A stretch of DNA of 64,000 nucleotides from Spirochaetia bacterium (lineage in GTDB: Bacteria > Spirochaetota > Spirochaetia > SP-2023): assembly GCA_965225855.1 (NCBI GenBank), contig CBDDCK010000005.1, forward strand, positions 576,001 through 640,000, written 5' to 3'. The position numbers were made by a program, and so were the translations under genes. The notes beneath the pieces are model-generated. The model ran no database searches. It was not told the DNA's origin and was given only the letters and a program-made list of their open reading frames with translations. How positions within the stretch are numbered: position 1 is the stretch's first letter; each line of letters opens with the position of its first letter. Shown in pieces: positions 10,589-19,799 of the stretch.

Positions 10589-11203
10589 TTATAAAAAATT
10601 TGGTTTTAGTAAAGAGCGTAACTTAGCACAGGCTAAGCTGCGATGAGACAATGTTTGCTTTTGTTTGGCCGATAATTCAGCTACAGTTTTGCCTGCCAAT
10701 TCAAGGTCAGGATAGAATGATTCAGCCAACTCAAATATAGGATCATAGCCGAAGGCATTTTCCTGCAAGCTCCGTGGTTGCATGGCAATACGGCCTTGTG
10801 CTATGGATTGAGCTGCATAGCATTCATTCACCGCTATAGGGCTTAGCAACACTAGACAACAGACGAAGCGCGCGCTGCGCATTTCCATATTTGGAAAGCT
10901 AGCCAGCTCTTGTAGCAATAGCGCATTGCGTTCTGATGCAAGCTTTAGCCCCCCGTAACGAGCACTAAAAATCCCGGGACGATTTTGTAAAGCAGCCACT
11001 TCTAAGCCAGAATCGTCTGCCAAAATCCAATTGCTAGGGTGTTCTTTTTGTACGGTTTGGGCTTTGAGCATGGCATTACCCAAATAGGTATTGGCATACT
11101 CTTCACAGTAAAATGCCGGTGCCGTGTGTAATGACCAATTTGATAGTAGCTCGTTAAATTCTTGGCATTTATGCTGATTTTGGCTAGCCAATATCACTTC
11201 CAT
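10589..11203 (-). CDS. rdgB: Non-canonical purine NTP pyrophosphatase (RdgB/HAM1)
   Basis: ASQNQHK, ADDSGLEV, PGIFSARY, FGYDPIF, SHR motifs. Confidence 0.93.
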   Translation of the reverse strand: MEVILASQNQHKCQEFNELLSNWSLHTAPAFYCEEYANTYLGNAMLKAQTVQKEHPSNWILADDSGLEVAALQNRPGIFSARYGGLKLASERNALLLQELASFPNMEMRSARFVCCLVLLSPIAVNECYAAQSIAQGRIAMQPRSLQENAFGYDPIFELAESFYPDLELAGKTVAELSAKQKQTLSHRSLACAKLRSLLKPNFL

Positions 11204-11276
11204 TTTTTACCCAAATCCAATCATCAAGCCAACAAAAATAGACAAATCCAAAATATACAAATAAGGGAGAACAAAA

Positions 11277-11382
11277 ACTCTGGGAAAGGGACATTAAATT
11301 CCTGAGCAAACAATCGACCGCTGCTTCCTTCCAGACCTGACGGGGTTGAACTGCCGCTCATAACCTAAGCCCTAACCAGAGC
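11277..11382 (-). ncRNA. ffs: Signal recognition particle RNA (small bacterial SRP/4.5S)
   Basis: Minus strand contains GTCAGGTCTGGAAGGAAGCAGC (domain IV consensus) inside a hairpin closed by CTCTGG/CCAGAG. Confidence 0.9.
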
Positions 11383-11390
11383 TTGAGCAT

Positions 11391-11418
11391 ACTATAATAA
11401 ATCTTTATTCTATGTCAA
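11391..11418 (-). promoter_or_regulatory. sigma70-like promoter for SRP RNA
   Basis: TTGACA-16 nt-TATAGT on the minus strand just upstream of the RNA. Confidence 0.6.
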
Positions 11419-11443
11419 TTGGTAGGATTTATATTTCCAGTTT

Positions 11444-11498
11444 GTTTTCAGAAGGCATATTGAAATACTTGAGGTTTTTCAATATGCCTTCTGAAAAC
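11444..11498. repeat. 22-bp perfect inverted repeat (11-nt loop)
   Basis: GTTTTCAGAAGGCATATTGAAA ... TTTCAATATGCCTTCTGAAAAC. Confidence 0.9.
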
Positions 11499-11871
11499 TC
11501 TGATTGTTAGGGCATTTCCGCTAGTTTGGACTTACACCCATTCTTGATTCTAATTGTTAGCTATTAAAAGTTGATAATACAAGATAAATAGCTGAATATT
11601 GCTTGATATGAGAACAAGGAAATAGGTCGTCCTAGATGGTTGTTCTTATAACCAGCGTATAATATAGGGCAAGCGTAATAGGTTATAGCTACTTACAGTA
11701 ATAGCTGAAAAGCATTTGATGGTCTTGTATATTTACCTCTTCCTCTAATCTTGTCTCGACTCTTGAAAAAGAGAAAATGATTTTTTCTTTTTTAGAACAC
11801 AATATCTTGACATACTTTTAGTTTTCACTAATATGTTTTCCTAATAAATTCTATATGTTATAATTTTATTT

Positions 11872-11945
11872 GGAGGTGTGGTGAAGCTGGTTATCACGTC
11901 GCCCTGTCAAGGCGAAGGCCGCGGGTTCGAGCCCCGTCACTTCCG
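11872..11945 (+). tRNA. tRNA-Asp (GTC)
   Basis: GGAGGTG...TCGCC-CTGTCAA-GGCGA...GGTTCGAGCCC...CACTTCCG. Confidence 0.95.
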
Positions 11946-11955
11946 TTTAAATAGA

Positions 11956-11980
11956 AGGCCGGTATTATCCGGTCTTTTTT
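11956..11980 (+). terminator. Intrinsic terminator after tRNA-Asp
   Basis: AGGCCGG-TATTAT-CCGGTCT followed by a T run. Confidence 0.65.
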
Positions 11981-11994
11981 ATTGAACATTTTTG

Positions 11995-12023
11995 TTGACA
12001 GCTCTAAAATTTTTCGGTATTTT
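11995..12023 (+). promoter_or_regulatory. Putative promoter of the His-Arg-Lys-Leu tRNA cluster
   Basis: TTGACA-17 nt-TATTTT, ~20 nt upstream of tRNA-His. Confidence 0.55.
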
Positions 12024-12044
12024 GCGTTATCTTTAAAAATACAT

Positions 12045-12119
12045 GGTGAATGTAGTTCAGTTGGTAGAATGCCAGATTGTGGTTCTGGTTGTCGCGGGTT
12101 CGAGTCCCGTCATTCACCC
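12045..12119 (+). tRNA. tRNA-His (GTG)
   Basis: GGTGAATG...CCAGA-TTGTGGT-TCTGG...GGTTCGAGTCC...CATTCACC. Confidence 0.95.
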
Positions 12120-12126
12120 GTGATAT

Positions 12127-12200
12127 GCGTCCATAGCTCAGCTGGATAGAGTGCCGGACTTCGAATCCGTAGGTCGCAGGTTCGAGTCCTGCTGGGCGCG
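12127..12200 (+). tRNA. tRNA-Arg (TCG)
   Basis: GCGTCCA...CGGA-CTTCGAA-TCCG...GGTTCGAGTCC...TGGGCGCG. Confidence 0.95.
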
Positions 12201-12209
12201 TAAAATTGA

Positions 12210-12282
12210 GGGCCGTTAGCTCAGCTGGTAGAGCAGCAGACTCTTAATCTGCGGGTCAAAGGTTCGATCCCTTTACGGCTCA
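12210..12282 (+). tRNA. tRNA-Lys (CTT)
   Basis: GGGCCGT...GCAGA-CTCTTAA-TCTGC...GGTTCGATCCC...ACGGCTCA. Confidence 0.95.
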
Positions 12283-12292
12283 TTATACCCAC

Positions 12293-12373
12293 GCGAGAGT
12301 GGTGGAATTGGTAGACACGTCAGATTTAGGATCTGGTGCCTTTGGTGTAAGGGTTCGAGTCCCTTCTCTCGTA
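12293..12373 (+). tRNA. tRNA-Leu (TAG)
   Basis: GCGAGAG...TCAGA-TTTAGGA-TCTGG, variable arm, GGTTCGAGTCC...CTCTCGTA; directly upstream of tig. Confidence 0.95.
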
Positions 12374-12456
12374 ATTTTAAAAGCTCATATAGAGTTTAGC
12401 AGGTAGCAATCCAAGTCAGTTGCCCCATAAAATAAATAAAAGTAAACAAGGATTGT

Positions 12457-13941
12457 ATGGTGGTTGAACAATATGCAATAAAGGCTCTTGAAGGGGCAAA
12501 AGCACAAGTTACATTTCAAATTAGCGGTGATAATACGGCCAATGAATACCAAAAAGTGTTTAAAAAATATTCCAAAAGCATAGAGTTAAAAGGTTTCCGT
12601 AAAGGAAAAGTCCCTATTGATTTATTAGAGCGAAAATTTGGTAAAGAATTTCGTAGAGAAACTTTTCAGGAAATATTTAAATATTGTATCAATGAGATAT
12701 TGCCAAAATTAGAAACCAAGCCTTTGCCTTATAGTAATCCTTATCTTTGCAATCAAGATGGTAAAGAATTAGTCGACAACGAAGCTAATTCTTTAATTGT
12801 AAATCTCCAGCCGGGCAATCACTTAGAATTTGCTATAGGTTTTGATACGATGCCGGAAATTCCTTTGCCTAGCTTGGAAAATATCGTGTTAGAGAATTTT
12901 GAAGCGGAATTGTCTGAAGATGATGTAAACCAAGAGATTGAAAAATTGCGCAAGCAAAATGGCATAATGGTCGCTAAAAAAGATGAGCAAGGGAAAAAAG
13001 GGGATATATTATCTGTACGTTTTGCCTTACTTGAAGAAGGTAAGGCAGAGCTAGATGATAATAAAAAAGGTTTGGTTGCTATTGTGCGTATCGGAGAGCA
13101 AGATGTATATGGTTTCCACGATAAAATAAAACATATGAAAGAAGGAGAGAATCAGATTCTCTATGACCATAGTTTTTCTGATTCAGATGAAATGGATGCC
13201 GAATTGCGTGCTAAAAATGGCAATGTATGGATTGAAATAAGTAGTATCCGTTCAACGGAATTGCCCGATTTAGATGACGATTTTGCTCAAGATATAGATG
13301 AAAATTATAAAACTTTGGATGATTTGAGAAAAGCTATTCGCGATAAATTAGAGCATAGTCTTATTCATGCTGTAGAAAATTATTCTTTATTCCAAATTTA
13401 TCAGTCTTGGATTGAGCATTTAGAATTTGATATTCCCCAAGTAATGGTAGTGCAACAAACCCAAAGTATGTTAGAACATATAAAGAAAAATGTGGGTGGT
13501 AATGAGCAGGCTATGTTTATGTATTTAGGAATGCAGCACAATGGTGATGTGCGCAAAGGTATGCAAACTTTAGAAAAAGATGCTGTCCTTAAAATTTTTA
13601 TTAGTTTAGTGCGCGATAAGCTTTTGGCAAGCAAAGCTTGGGAAGCTAGCCATGATGATATCGATAATGAATTGGCCCACATGGCTCAACACCAAAGCAC
13701 TACTGTAGAAAGCATCAAAGATAAATATAGCGATCAGTGGTCTCAAGTTTGCGAGCATTTTGCCCAAATGGCATTGTCTTCACGATTGACTAGAGAAGTA
13801 ATAGCGGAAGCGAAAACGAATAGTAAAGCAGAATCTCCTTCATTGGTAAAATTTACGATTTCAGAATTGAATGAAAAGCTCAACATTCTGGAAAAAACTT
13901 GTCAGGAACTTGCTTACGAAAAATTTTCACCATTACAATAG
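12457..13941 (+). CDS. tig: Trigger factor
   Basis: GFRKGKVP ribosome-binding motif, ELPDLDDDFAQ; tRNA-Leu-tig synteny. Confidence 0.92.
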   Translation: MVVEQYAIKALEGAKAQVTFQISGDNTANEYQKVFKKYSKSIELKGFRKGKVPIDLLERKFGKEFRRETFQEIFKYCINEILPKLETKPLPYSNPYLCNQDGKELVDNEANSLIVNLQPGNHLEFAIGFDTMPEIPLPSLENIVLENFEAELSEDDVNQEIEKLRKQNGIMVAKKDEQGKKGDILSVRFALLEEGKAELDDNKKGLVAIVRIGEQDVYGFHDKIKHMKEGENQILYDHSFSDSDEMDAELRAKNGNVWIEISSIRSTELPDLDDDFAQDIDENYKTLDDLRKAIRDKLEHSLIHAVENYSLFQIYQSWIEHLEFDIPQVMVVQQTQSMLEHIKKNVGGNEQAMFMYLGMQHNGDVRKGMQTLEKDAVLKIFISLVRDKLLASKAWEASHDDIDNELAHMAQHQSTTVESIKDKYSDQWSQVCEHFAQMALSSRLTREVIAEAKTNSKAESPSLVKFTISELNEKLNILEKTCQELAYEKFSPLQ

Positions 13942-14002
13942 TTTATTGTAAATATGGGGCTAGATTCTATATTTTGATTGGACTTTACTTTATAGAAAAC
14001 AA

Positions 14003-15112
14003 ATGGCTCACATGATAGGCAAAAATTTCTCTCAAAACTCAAAAACGCTGATAGAGAATTATCAATTTGGAAATTTTCGCAGTCAATTGTTTTTGTATCC
14101 TCTGGCAGAAGTTACTGAAAATGCTGATTTTGTTGTGGCAGACTCCAATACAGCAAAGCTTTTCGATGTATCGCCAGATTTAATCTTATTGCCAGGAGAG
14201 TCTAATAAAACTTTAGCACAGCTAGAAATAATCATAGAGGCTTTCGTAGTAAAGAATTTAACTCGTAATTCAACCGTGTTGGCCTTTGGCGGTGGATTGT
14301 TGTGTGATCTAGTTGGTTTTGCTGTCGCAAGTTATATGCGTGGCTGTGGCTTAATACTGGTACCTACGACCTTATTGTCCATGGTGGATGCCGGATTAGG
14401 TGGTAAAACAGGTTGTAATTTCCAAAATTACAAAAATTTGGTCGGAGCTTTTTATCCTGCTCGTGAGGTGCGGCTTGTACCACAAGTACTCTCTAGTTTA
14501 CCTGTCCGCCATTTTCGTAGTGGCCTAGCCGAACTTTTAAAACATGCTTTAATCAGTGATACAGAGTTTTTATTGCTAAATTTACAGGAGCAGCAAAACA
14601 AACTACAGCCGCCAATCCTTAAAGCACAAACCAAAACTGCCGCATTAGAGTTAAGTACTTTGATCATTGAAGGAATACGGGTAAAAGGTCGTATAGTTGA
14701 ACGGGATTTATACGAAAAGGGAGAAAGAGCCTTTCTGAATCTGGGGCATACGTATGCTCATGCTTTGGAAAAAATTTCGGATTTTTCTTGTACACACGGT
14801 GAGGCTGTCGCATGGGGTATCAACCAAGCTCTACATTTAAGTGCAACTTTGAACTATTGTAGAGAAGATTACGCTATGGAAATCCGAAAAATGCTGGCGT
14901 CTATGGGTTTTATCTTGGAATTACGGGAACTATGCCCCCATTTATTTCAACAATCGAAAAATGCTGCTGTGGCAGAGATGTTGGTTGCTGCAATGGCACT
15001 CGATAAAAAACGACAACAATCTGGTATTTGTTTGGTATTGCAACGAGGCAGAGGTCAAACGTTTTTACAAGAATTACCAAGTAAATTGATTATAAAAAAC
15101 TTACAGTTGTGA
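14003..15112 (+). CDS. aroB: 3-dehydroquinate synthase
   Basis: GGGLLCDLVGF, PTTLLSMVDAGLGGKTG, KNLVGAFY, LNLGHTYAHALE, HGEAVA. Confidence 0.95.
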   Translation: MAHMIGKNFSQNSKTLIENYQFGNFRSQLFLYPLAEVTENADFVVADSNTAKLFDVSPDLILLPGESNKTLAQLEIIIEAFVVKNLTRNSTVLAFGGGLLCDLVGFAVASYMRGCGLILVPTTLLSMVDAGLGGKTGCNFQNYKNLVGAFYPAREVRLVPQVLSSLPVRHFRSGLAELLKHALISDTEFLLLNLQEQQNKLQPPILKAQTKTAALELSTLIIEGIRVKGRIVERDLYEKGERAFLNLGHTYAHALEKISDFSCTHGEAVAWGINQALHLSATLNYCREDYAMEIRKMLASMGFILELRELCPHLFQQSKNAAVAEMLVAAMALDKKRQQSGICLVLQRGRGQTFLQELPSKLIIKNLQL

Positions 15113-16134
15113 CAAAAAACAGTTATTTATGGTTGCCATTTGAATATTATTTGCGAAAGAATTCTTGCCATAATAAAAATTATATTCTAAAAAATTCTAA
15201 ATTACATAATTTTTTATCTAGTGCCGAGTGGCAGCACCTTCATTTAAGTTCTATGTTGGTGTCTCAATGCCATGAATATGCAAGAAAGCAACATCAGTTT
15301 TCGGCAAATATAGTGGATTCAAACGCTTTTATATATAGTATAGGAAATTATTTAGGGGAAGAGATACAGGCATTTTTATTCTGGACGGAGGAAGAGCGAC
15401 TATTGTTTGACTGCAGAAAATTACGAGAAGAAAGCTGGAATTTTGATAAAAATATACTACCTGGTTTCATTTTGCAGGGATTAAAAAGATTGCTAAGTAA
15501 ATATAATACACGACAATTTATTGGCACATATAGACACTATCAATTTTTGTGTTCGCATTGCGAATGGACATTTCAACCACAACATTACTGGATTATGGTA
15601 CGTAAAAAAAATCAACAAAAATTACAAAGCCAATCGCTAGAACAGCAGTCTATGCCAATAGATAAAACTAACCTTTACAGTTTATCTCATGATCTAAAAT
15701 TGTTACGTTTAGAAACTAAGCATTTTCAGCAATTGTTGACGTTAGAGCTAGCTTATTATTCTGAAGAAATAACACAGAATAAAATATTAAATCCCCTTTT
15801 GAAACAGGTTTTAGAAAAGAATTGTGGTAAACGCCTAGAGCAATATTTACAATACGGTATTTTTGCAAAAAATGAGTTACTAGCTCGCGCAATGATCAAT
15901 CGTTATGGCCTAAATTATTGGCAAATAGGAGGCATTTATACTGTGCCTCGCTGGCGCAGACAAGGGCTAGCGAATATATTACTACATAAACTATGCCAAA
16001 CGATTGAAAAAGCGGGTCGCCAATCGATGCTATTTGTCCGTATAGAAAATAATGCCGCTATTAATTTGTATAGAAAAAACTCATTTGAGCAATTAGAACG
16101 GATGGTAATCGCTCAAAACACTACGGCGGAATAA
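15109..16134 (+). CDS. GNAT family N-acetyltransferase (C-terminal domain)
   Basis: QIGGIYTVPRWRRQGLA, NNAAINLYRK acetyl-CoA motifs; overlaps aroB stop. Confidence 0.8.
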   Translation: MTKNSYLWLPFEYYLRKNSCHNKNYILKNSKLHNFLSSAEWQHLHLSSMLVSQCHEYARKQHQFSANIVDSNAFIYSIGNYLGEEIQAFLFWTEEERLLFDCRKLREESWNFDKNILPGFILQGLKRLLSKYNTRQFIGTYRHYQFLCSHCEWTFQPQHYWIMVRKKNQQKLQSQSLEQQSMPIDKTNLYSLSHDLKLLRLETKHFQQLLTLELAYYSEEITQNKILNPLLKQVLEKNCGKRLEQYLQYGIFAKNELLARAMINRYGLNYWQIGGIYTVPRWRRQGLANILLHKLCQTIEKAGRQSMLFVRIENNAAINLYRKNSFEQLERMVIAQNTTAE

Positions 16135-16156
16135 AAAATTTCCACTTTCATTAACT

Positions 16157-16306
16157 CTATCTAATCATTCCTTTTACAGCAAAAAATAAAGCTACTGCAA
16201 TTCCTACAATTGCTAAAACTTTTAGTATTGCTACTAACAGTTTAAAAGCTAATATAGCAAAGCCTATACAAACTATGATAATTACAATGTTTATAAAATT
16301 TTCCAT
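16157..16306 (-). CDS. Small hydrophobic membrane protein
   Basis: 49-aa ORF MENFINIVIIIVCIGF..., almost wholly hydrophobic; upstream region duplicated with that of the 17297 gene. Confidence 0.6.
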   Translation of the reverse strand: MENFINIVIIIVCIGFAILAFKLLVAILKVLAIVGIAVALFFAVKGMIR

Positions 16307-16462
16307 TCTATTTTCTTTTTGAATAAATATGGTATGCTCCCGCATATTTTATTATATACAGGTAAGCATAGCATAATCCTATATATTTAGTTTATAATTA
16401 GAAATTTAGGGATTATAAAGCGATTGATAAAAATAAACATATACCCAAGATTATGCATCAAT

Positions 16463-16843
16463 CTAAGCTTCGTAAAACTTTTCTATGTGCTCTTGCACCC
16501 AAAGAGTTTCAGACCACTCTTTCAGCGAGTTTAAAGCCACTGTAACAACGCCTAAATCATCAAGCCAACCAATCATGGGGATTGCGTCGGGAATAATATC
16601 TAAAGGAAGAACGACATAGCCTAAAGCTGTAAGACAGAGGGCTTTTTCCTTAGTCGTAATACCAGGGGACTTCATAATATAGTATAAAGTTACAAATGGC
16701 CGAGTTGTTGCTTCTGGTAGTTTTTTGACAATTTTTAGAAATACATTCTCATCATACTTTTCAGCGTATTTATCTTGATTTTTTTCAAAATCATTTTGAG
16801 CCATAGCAATTTTCTTAGCGTGTTGGTTATCTATGGGTTTCAC
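16463..16843 (-). CDS. YkvA/DUF1232 family protein
   Basis: ALGYVVLPLDIIPDAIPMIGWLDD motif. Confidence 0.88.
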   Translation of the reverse strand: MKPIDNQHAKKIAMAQNDFEKNQDKYAEKYDENVFLKIVKKLPEATTRPFVTLYYIMKSPGITTKEKALCLTALGYVVLPLDIIPDAIPMIGWLDDLGVVTVALNSLKEWSETLWVQEHIEKFYEA

Positions 16844-16874
16844 AATAAGACTCCTTTTTTAGTGGTTTCTAATC

Positions 16875-17297
16875 TTAACTAACTTCCGTATCATTTTTTG
16901 TAGATTCTTCCCATTGTTGAAAGTCAGTAATATCTTTTTTTATCAACTTTAAACACAGGCTAACCATTGCTGCATCATCAAAATAACCAACAAGTGGTAT
17001 TTTATCTAAGATCAAATCAATTGGAGAAGCAAGATACAAAAATGAGACAGCAACCGAGACCATTGTTGAAATCGGCATATTTGTATAATCCTTATTAATA
17101 TAAGATTTTGTCAAACGCGATAGCACTTGAATATCGCCCCATAATTCTTTAAGTGCTTGAAGTGTATCTTGCTTTAATTTTCCCAACGGTTTAGCCATTT
17201 TTTTGCTAAACGGCTCTAAATCGCTAGGGTTTACATCTTCTGCTTCTTGTAGCTTTTGCTTTAGTGCTTTCTTTTGATCTTTTTCATGTTCAGACAT
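16875..17297 (-). CDS. YkvA/DUF1232 family protein
   Basis: YLASPIDLILDKIPLVGYFDDA motif; start moved to MSEHEK after the AAGGAG RBS. Confidence 0.88.
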   Translation of the reverse strand: MSEHEKDQKKALKQKLQEAEDVNPSDLEPFSKKMAKPLGKLKQDTLQALKELWGDIQVLSRLTKSYINKDYTNMPISTMVSVAVSFLYLASPIDLILDKIPLVGYFDDAAMVSLCLKLIKKDITDFQQWEESTKNDTEVS

Positions 17298-17533
17298 TCT
17301 ATTCTCCTTTTGGAATTTAAAATCTAAAAAAATACTATTTAAGTATTGCTTTAAGTAGAGCTTCATATTATGCTGCCCTCATATCTAATTTAATATGTAG
17401 ATAAGTATAGCATAATCCTAAAATTCAGGGAATATTATATGCAGATTTTTATGATATTCCTAATATATTTCATTTTAAAATTAGAGCTTTAGGAATTATG
17501 CACATCTTTTTTATATTATTGGTGAATTTGCCC

Positions 17534-17857
17534 ATGACTACAAACGATAGAAACAATGCCGATGAGCTACGGAAAATATTACAAAATAACATTAAAGCTC
17601 TGCGGAAACAAAGAGGTTTTTCACAACAAAAATTAGCTGAAACCTCTGGCTTAAGTCTTGCTTATATTGGTGGTATAGAAATTGCCATTAAATCTCCTTC
17701 ATTTGACAGCCTATGTGCTATTGCAAATGCGCTAGATGTTCAAGTTTATCAGTTATTTTTATCTCTTAACCATCAAGATGACAAACTGAAAGCTTTTTCC
17801 AAAGACATTGAAATTGAGTTTCAAGAGGTTTTGCAAAAGGTTCTCGAACGTTATTAA
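17534..17857 (+). CDS. XRE-family helix-turn-helix regulator
   Basis: NIKALRKQRGFSQQKLAETSGLSLAYIGGIE...PSFDSLCAIANALDV. Confidence 0.88.
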   Translation: MTTNDRNNADELRKILQNNIKALRKQRGFSQQKLAETSGLSLAYIGGIEIAIKSPSFDSLCAIANALDVQVYQLFLSLNHQDDKLKAFSKDIEIEFQEVLQKVLERY

Positions 17858-17903
17858 GAATAAAGATTTCGTATCTACAATTCTGGTTGCATTCTAAACA
17901 GCA

Positions 17904-18923
17904 TTATTTTTCAAAAGATTTTCTCTTGATGAACAATCGAGAGAAACGTTGCCAAAGACTAGCTGGTTTGCTTTGGCTGTAGCTAGTTACAGCATCTTCC
18001 AGTGGGACGTCTTGTCCATGCAAATCTTTGAGGTCTTGCCAATGAGAAATCAACCAAATGTATAGGTCGGCTGCTGTTCGTTCGGGGAATTGGGCTAAAA
18101 GGCCTTCTTGGTGGATGAGTTTTAAAATTGGCTCAAATAGATTTTCATACCAAGATTGGGCTGCTTGACTGAAACTTATGGTAATATCGTTAAGTTCGGC
18201 AAGTACGGGATTGAGCTGGCTGATTTGTGCTACTTCGCAGGATTCAGCTTGTGGGGGATTGCTTTGTGTATTTTCTCGGTACTCTTGTTCGACAAAATGT
18301 TTATGGCCCATGATATGCTGTATAATAATGGAATAAGAGCCAGTGGCTGTTACCACAAGCTGCGTTGTATCAATAAAATTTGCTAAACGAGTTTCCTTTA
18401 AAATCATATTCTTTTCGTATTCCAACATACGGTGCAGAATCTTATTTGGGGTCATGTTCGCGCTAAGATAAATAGAAGAAATCACTTCTGTAACTTCGGC
18501 ATCAATCATTTCCATACCACTGGTACGGGCTACCGAAACCCGGTGGTTGCCATCGCGTATGAAATAAGCATCTCCCACCTTAAAAAGCTGGATTGGCGGC
18601 AGGATAATATCTTGTTGTGTTGCTGTTTTTATTCGAACCCAACGCTCCTGAAGGTGATTGGCTTTTGGTAAAAACGATCGGGTAAAATCTTGGTAACGCC
18701 CTTCACTACCAACAATATTTTTTATGGGAATAACTTGTAAACCTAAGTATTTTTCTTGTTTTTTATCACCTAGTAGTTTACGAACATCGTAAAAAGATAA
18801 TAGTTTATTGTGTTCATTGGGCCTGATTATATTGACAAGGCTGTTGAGCAAGGCTTTCTGGCGCAGTTTATAGAAATTTTCTCTAGCTTGAATCTTGAGT
18901 TGACTTTCATCGATAGGGCCCAT
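17904..18923 (-). CDS. ParB/Srx-like domain protein (DUF4032-like)
   Basis: IVGSEGRYQDF, LPPIQLFKVGDAYFIRDGNHRVSVAR, RTAADLYIW. Confidence 0.75.
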   Translation of the reverse strand: MGPIDESQLKIQARENFYKLRQKALLNSLVNIIRPNEHNKLLSFYDVRKLLGDKKQEKYLGLQVIPIKNIVGSEGRYQDFTRSFLPKANHLQERWVRIKTATQQDIILPPIQLFKVGDAYFIRDGNHRVSVARTSGMEMIDAEVTEVISSIYLSANMTPNKILHRMLEYEKNMILKETRLANFIDTTQLVVTATGSYSIIIQHIMGHKHFVEQEYRENTQSNPPQAESCEVAQISQLNPVLAELNDITISFSQAAQSWYENLFEPILKLIHQEGLLAQFPERTAADLYIWLISHWQDLKDLHGQDVPLEDAVTSYSQSKPASLWQRFSRLFIKRKSFEK

Positions 18924-18942
18924 TGGTTACCTTAGCTCTAGC

Positions 18943-19686
18943 TTATAATTCCAGTTCGTATCGGCTATAAATATTGATAACTTTTGTATTTTTATATTCT
19001 GCAATGCGAGGGCTATTGATGTCGTACAGGTGAATATGGCCGTGTAGTAGATATTTCGGTTTAAATAATTTCATAAACCATAGGAAGACTTTAAAACCTT
19101 TGTGGCATGGGTCATTGCGGTCATTGATACCTTTGGGTGCGGCGTGGGTCAATAAAATATCTAAGTAGCGCCCGTGAAAGATACGGTTCCACAGCATGCG
19201 TGGTGTTAGCAAAAGTATTTTCCAAAGCATCTGGTATTCTGAAAATTGGTTAGCTCCGTTGCTATAGCGTTTGCAGCCTCCTAAACCAGCAATGATCAGT
19301 TTGTGCTCTTTTAAATGGAGTACCCTGCCCCCAACGTAAATACCGCCGCTAACTGTTTTTTGTGATTCATCGTTACAATAAACTATGTTTTGCATCGATT
19401 TGCGATAATGAGATAAAAACTTGAGGTTATGGTTGCCAAAGACAAAATACAGGGGCTTATTGAGCATAGTTACAATGTAATTGTAGTAGTTAAAATAAAG
19501 GTCTCCAGCACTCAAGATAATATCCACATGGGCAAAACGCTGCTCTATACCATTAGAATACACAAGCGGGTCGACATCATCGGCAATGCAAAGAAGACGA
19601 ATAGGAGGAGTGCGATCTATGGCATTTGATTTTTCTATATTATTTTCTAGCAGGTTTATATTATGCATTCGGCCATTATATCCCAT
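18943..19686 (-). CDS. Calcineurin-like metallophosphoesterase
   Basis: IADD, SAGD, FGNH, LLTHAAP, LHGHIH motifs. Confidence 0.88.
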   Translation of the reverse strand: MGYNGRMHNINLLENNIEKSNAIDRTPPIRLLCIADDVDPLVYSNGIEQRFAHVDIILSAGDLYFNYYNYIVTMLNKPLYFVFGNHNLKFLSHYRKSMQNIVYCNDESQKTVSGGIYVGGRVLHLKEHKLIIAGLGGCKRYSNGANQFSEYQMLWKILLLTPRMLWNRIFHGRYLDILLTHAAPKGINDRNDPCHKGFKVFLWFMKLFKPKYLLHGHIHLYDINSPRIAEYKNTKVINIYSRYELEL

Positions 19687-19799
19687 CTATTGTATCGCGC
19701 AAACAAAAAGTAGTGGAATGGAAAAATTTGTTGATGAGTCAATTCAACTCAAGGTTAAGGGGTTTTTTGTTCTAGCCGTTTGTGTTAGAATCCGCCACT

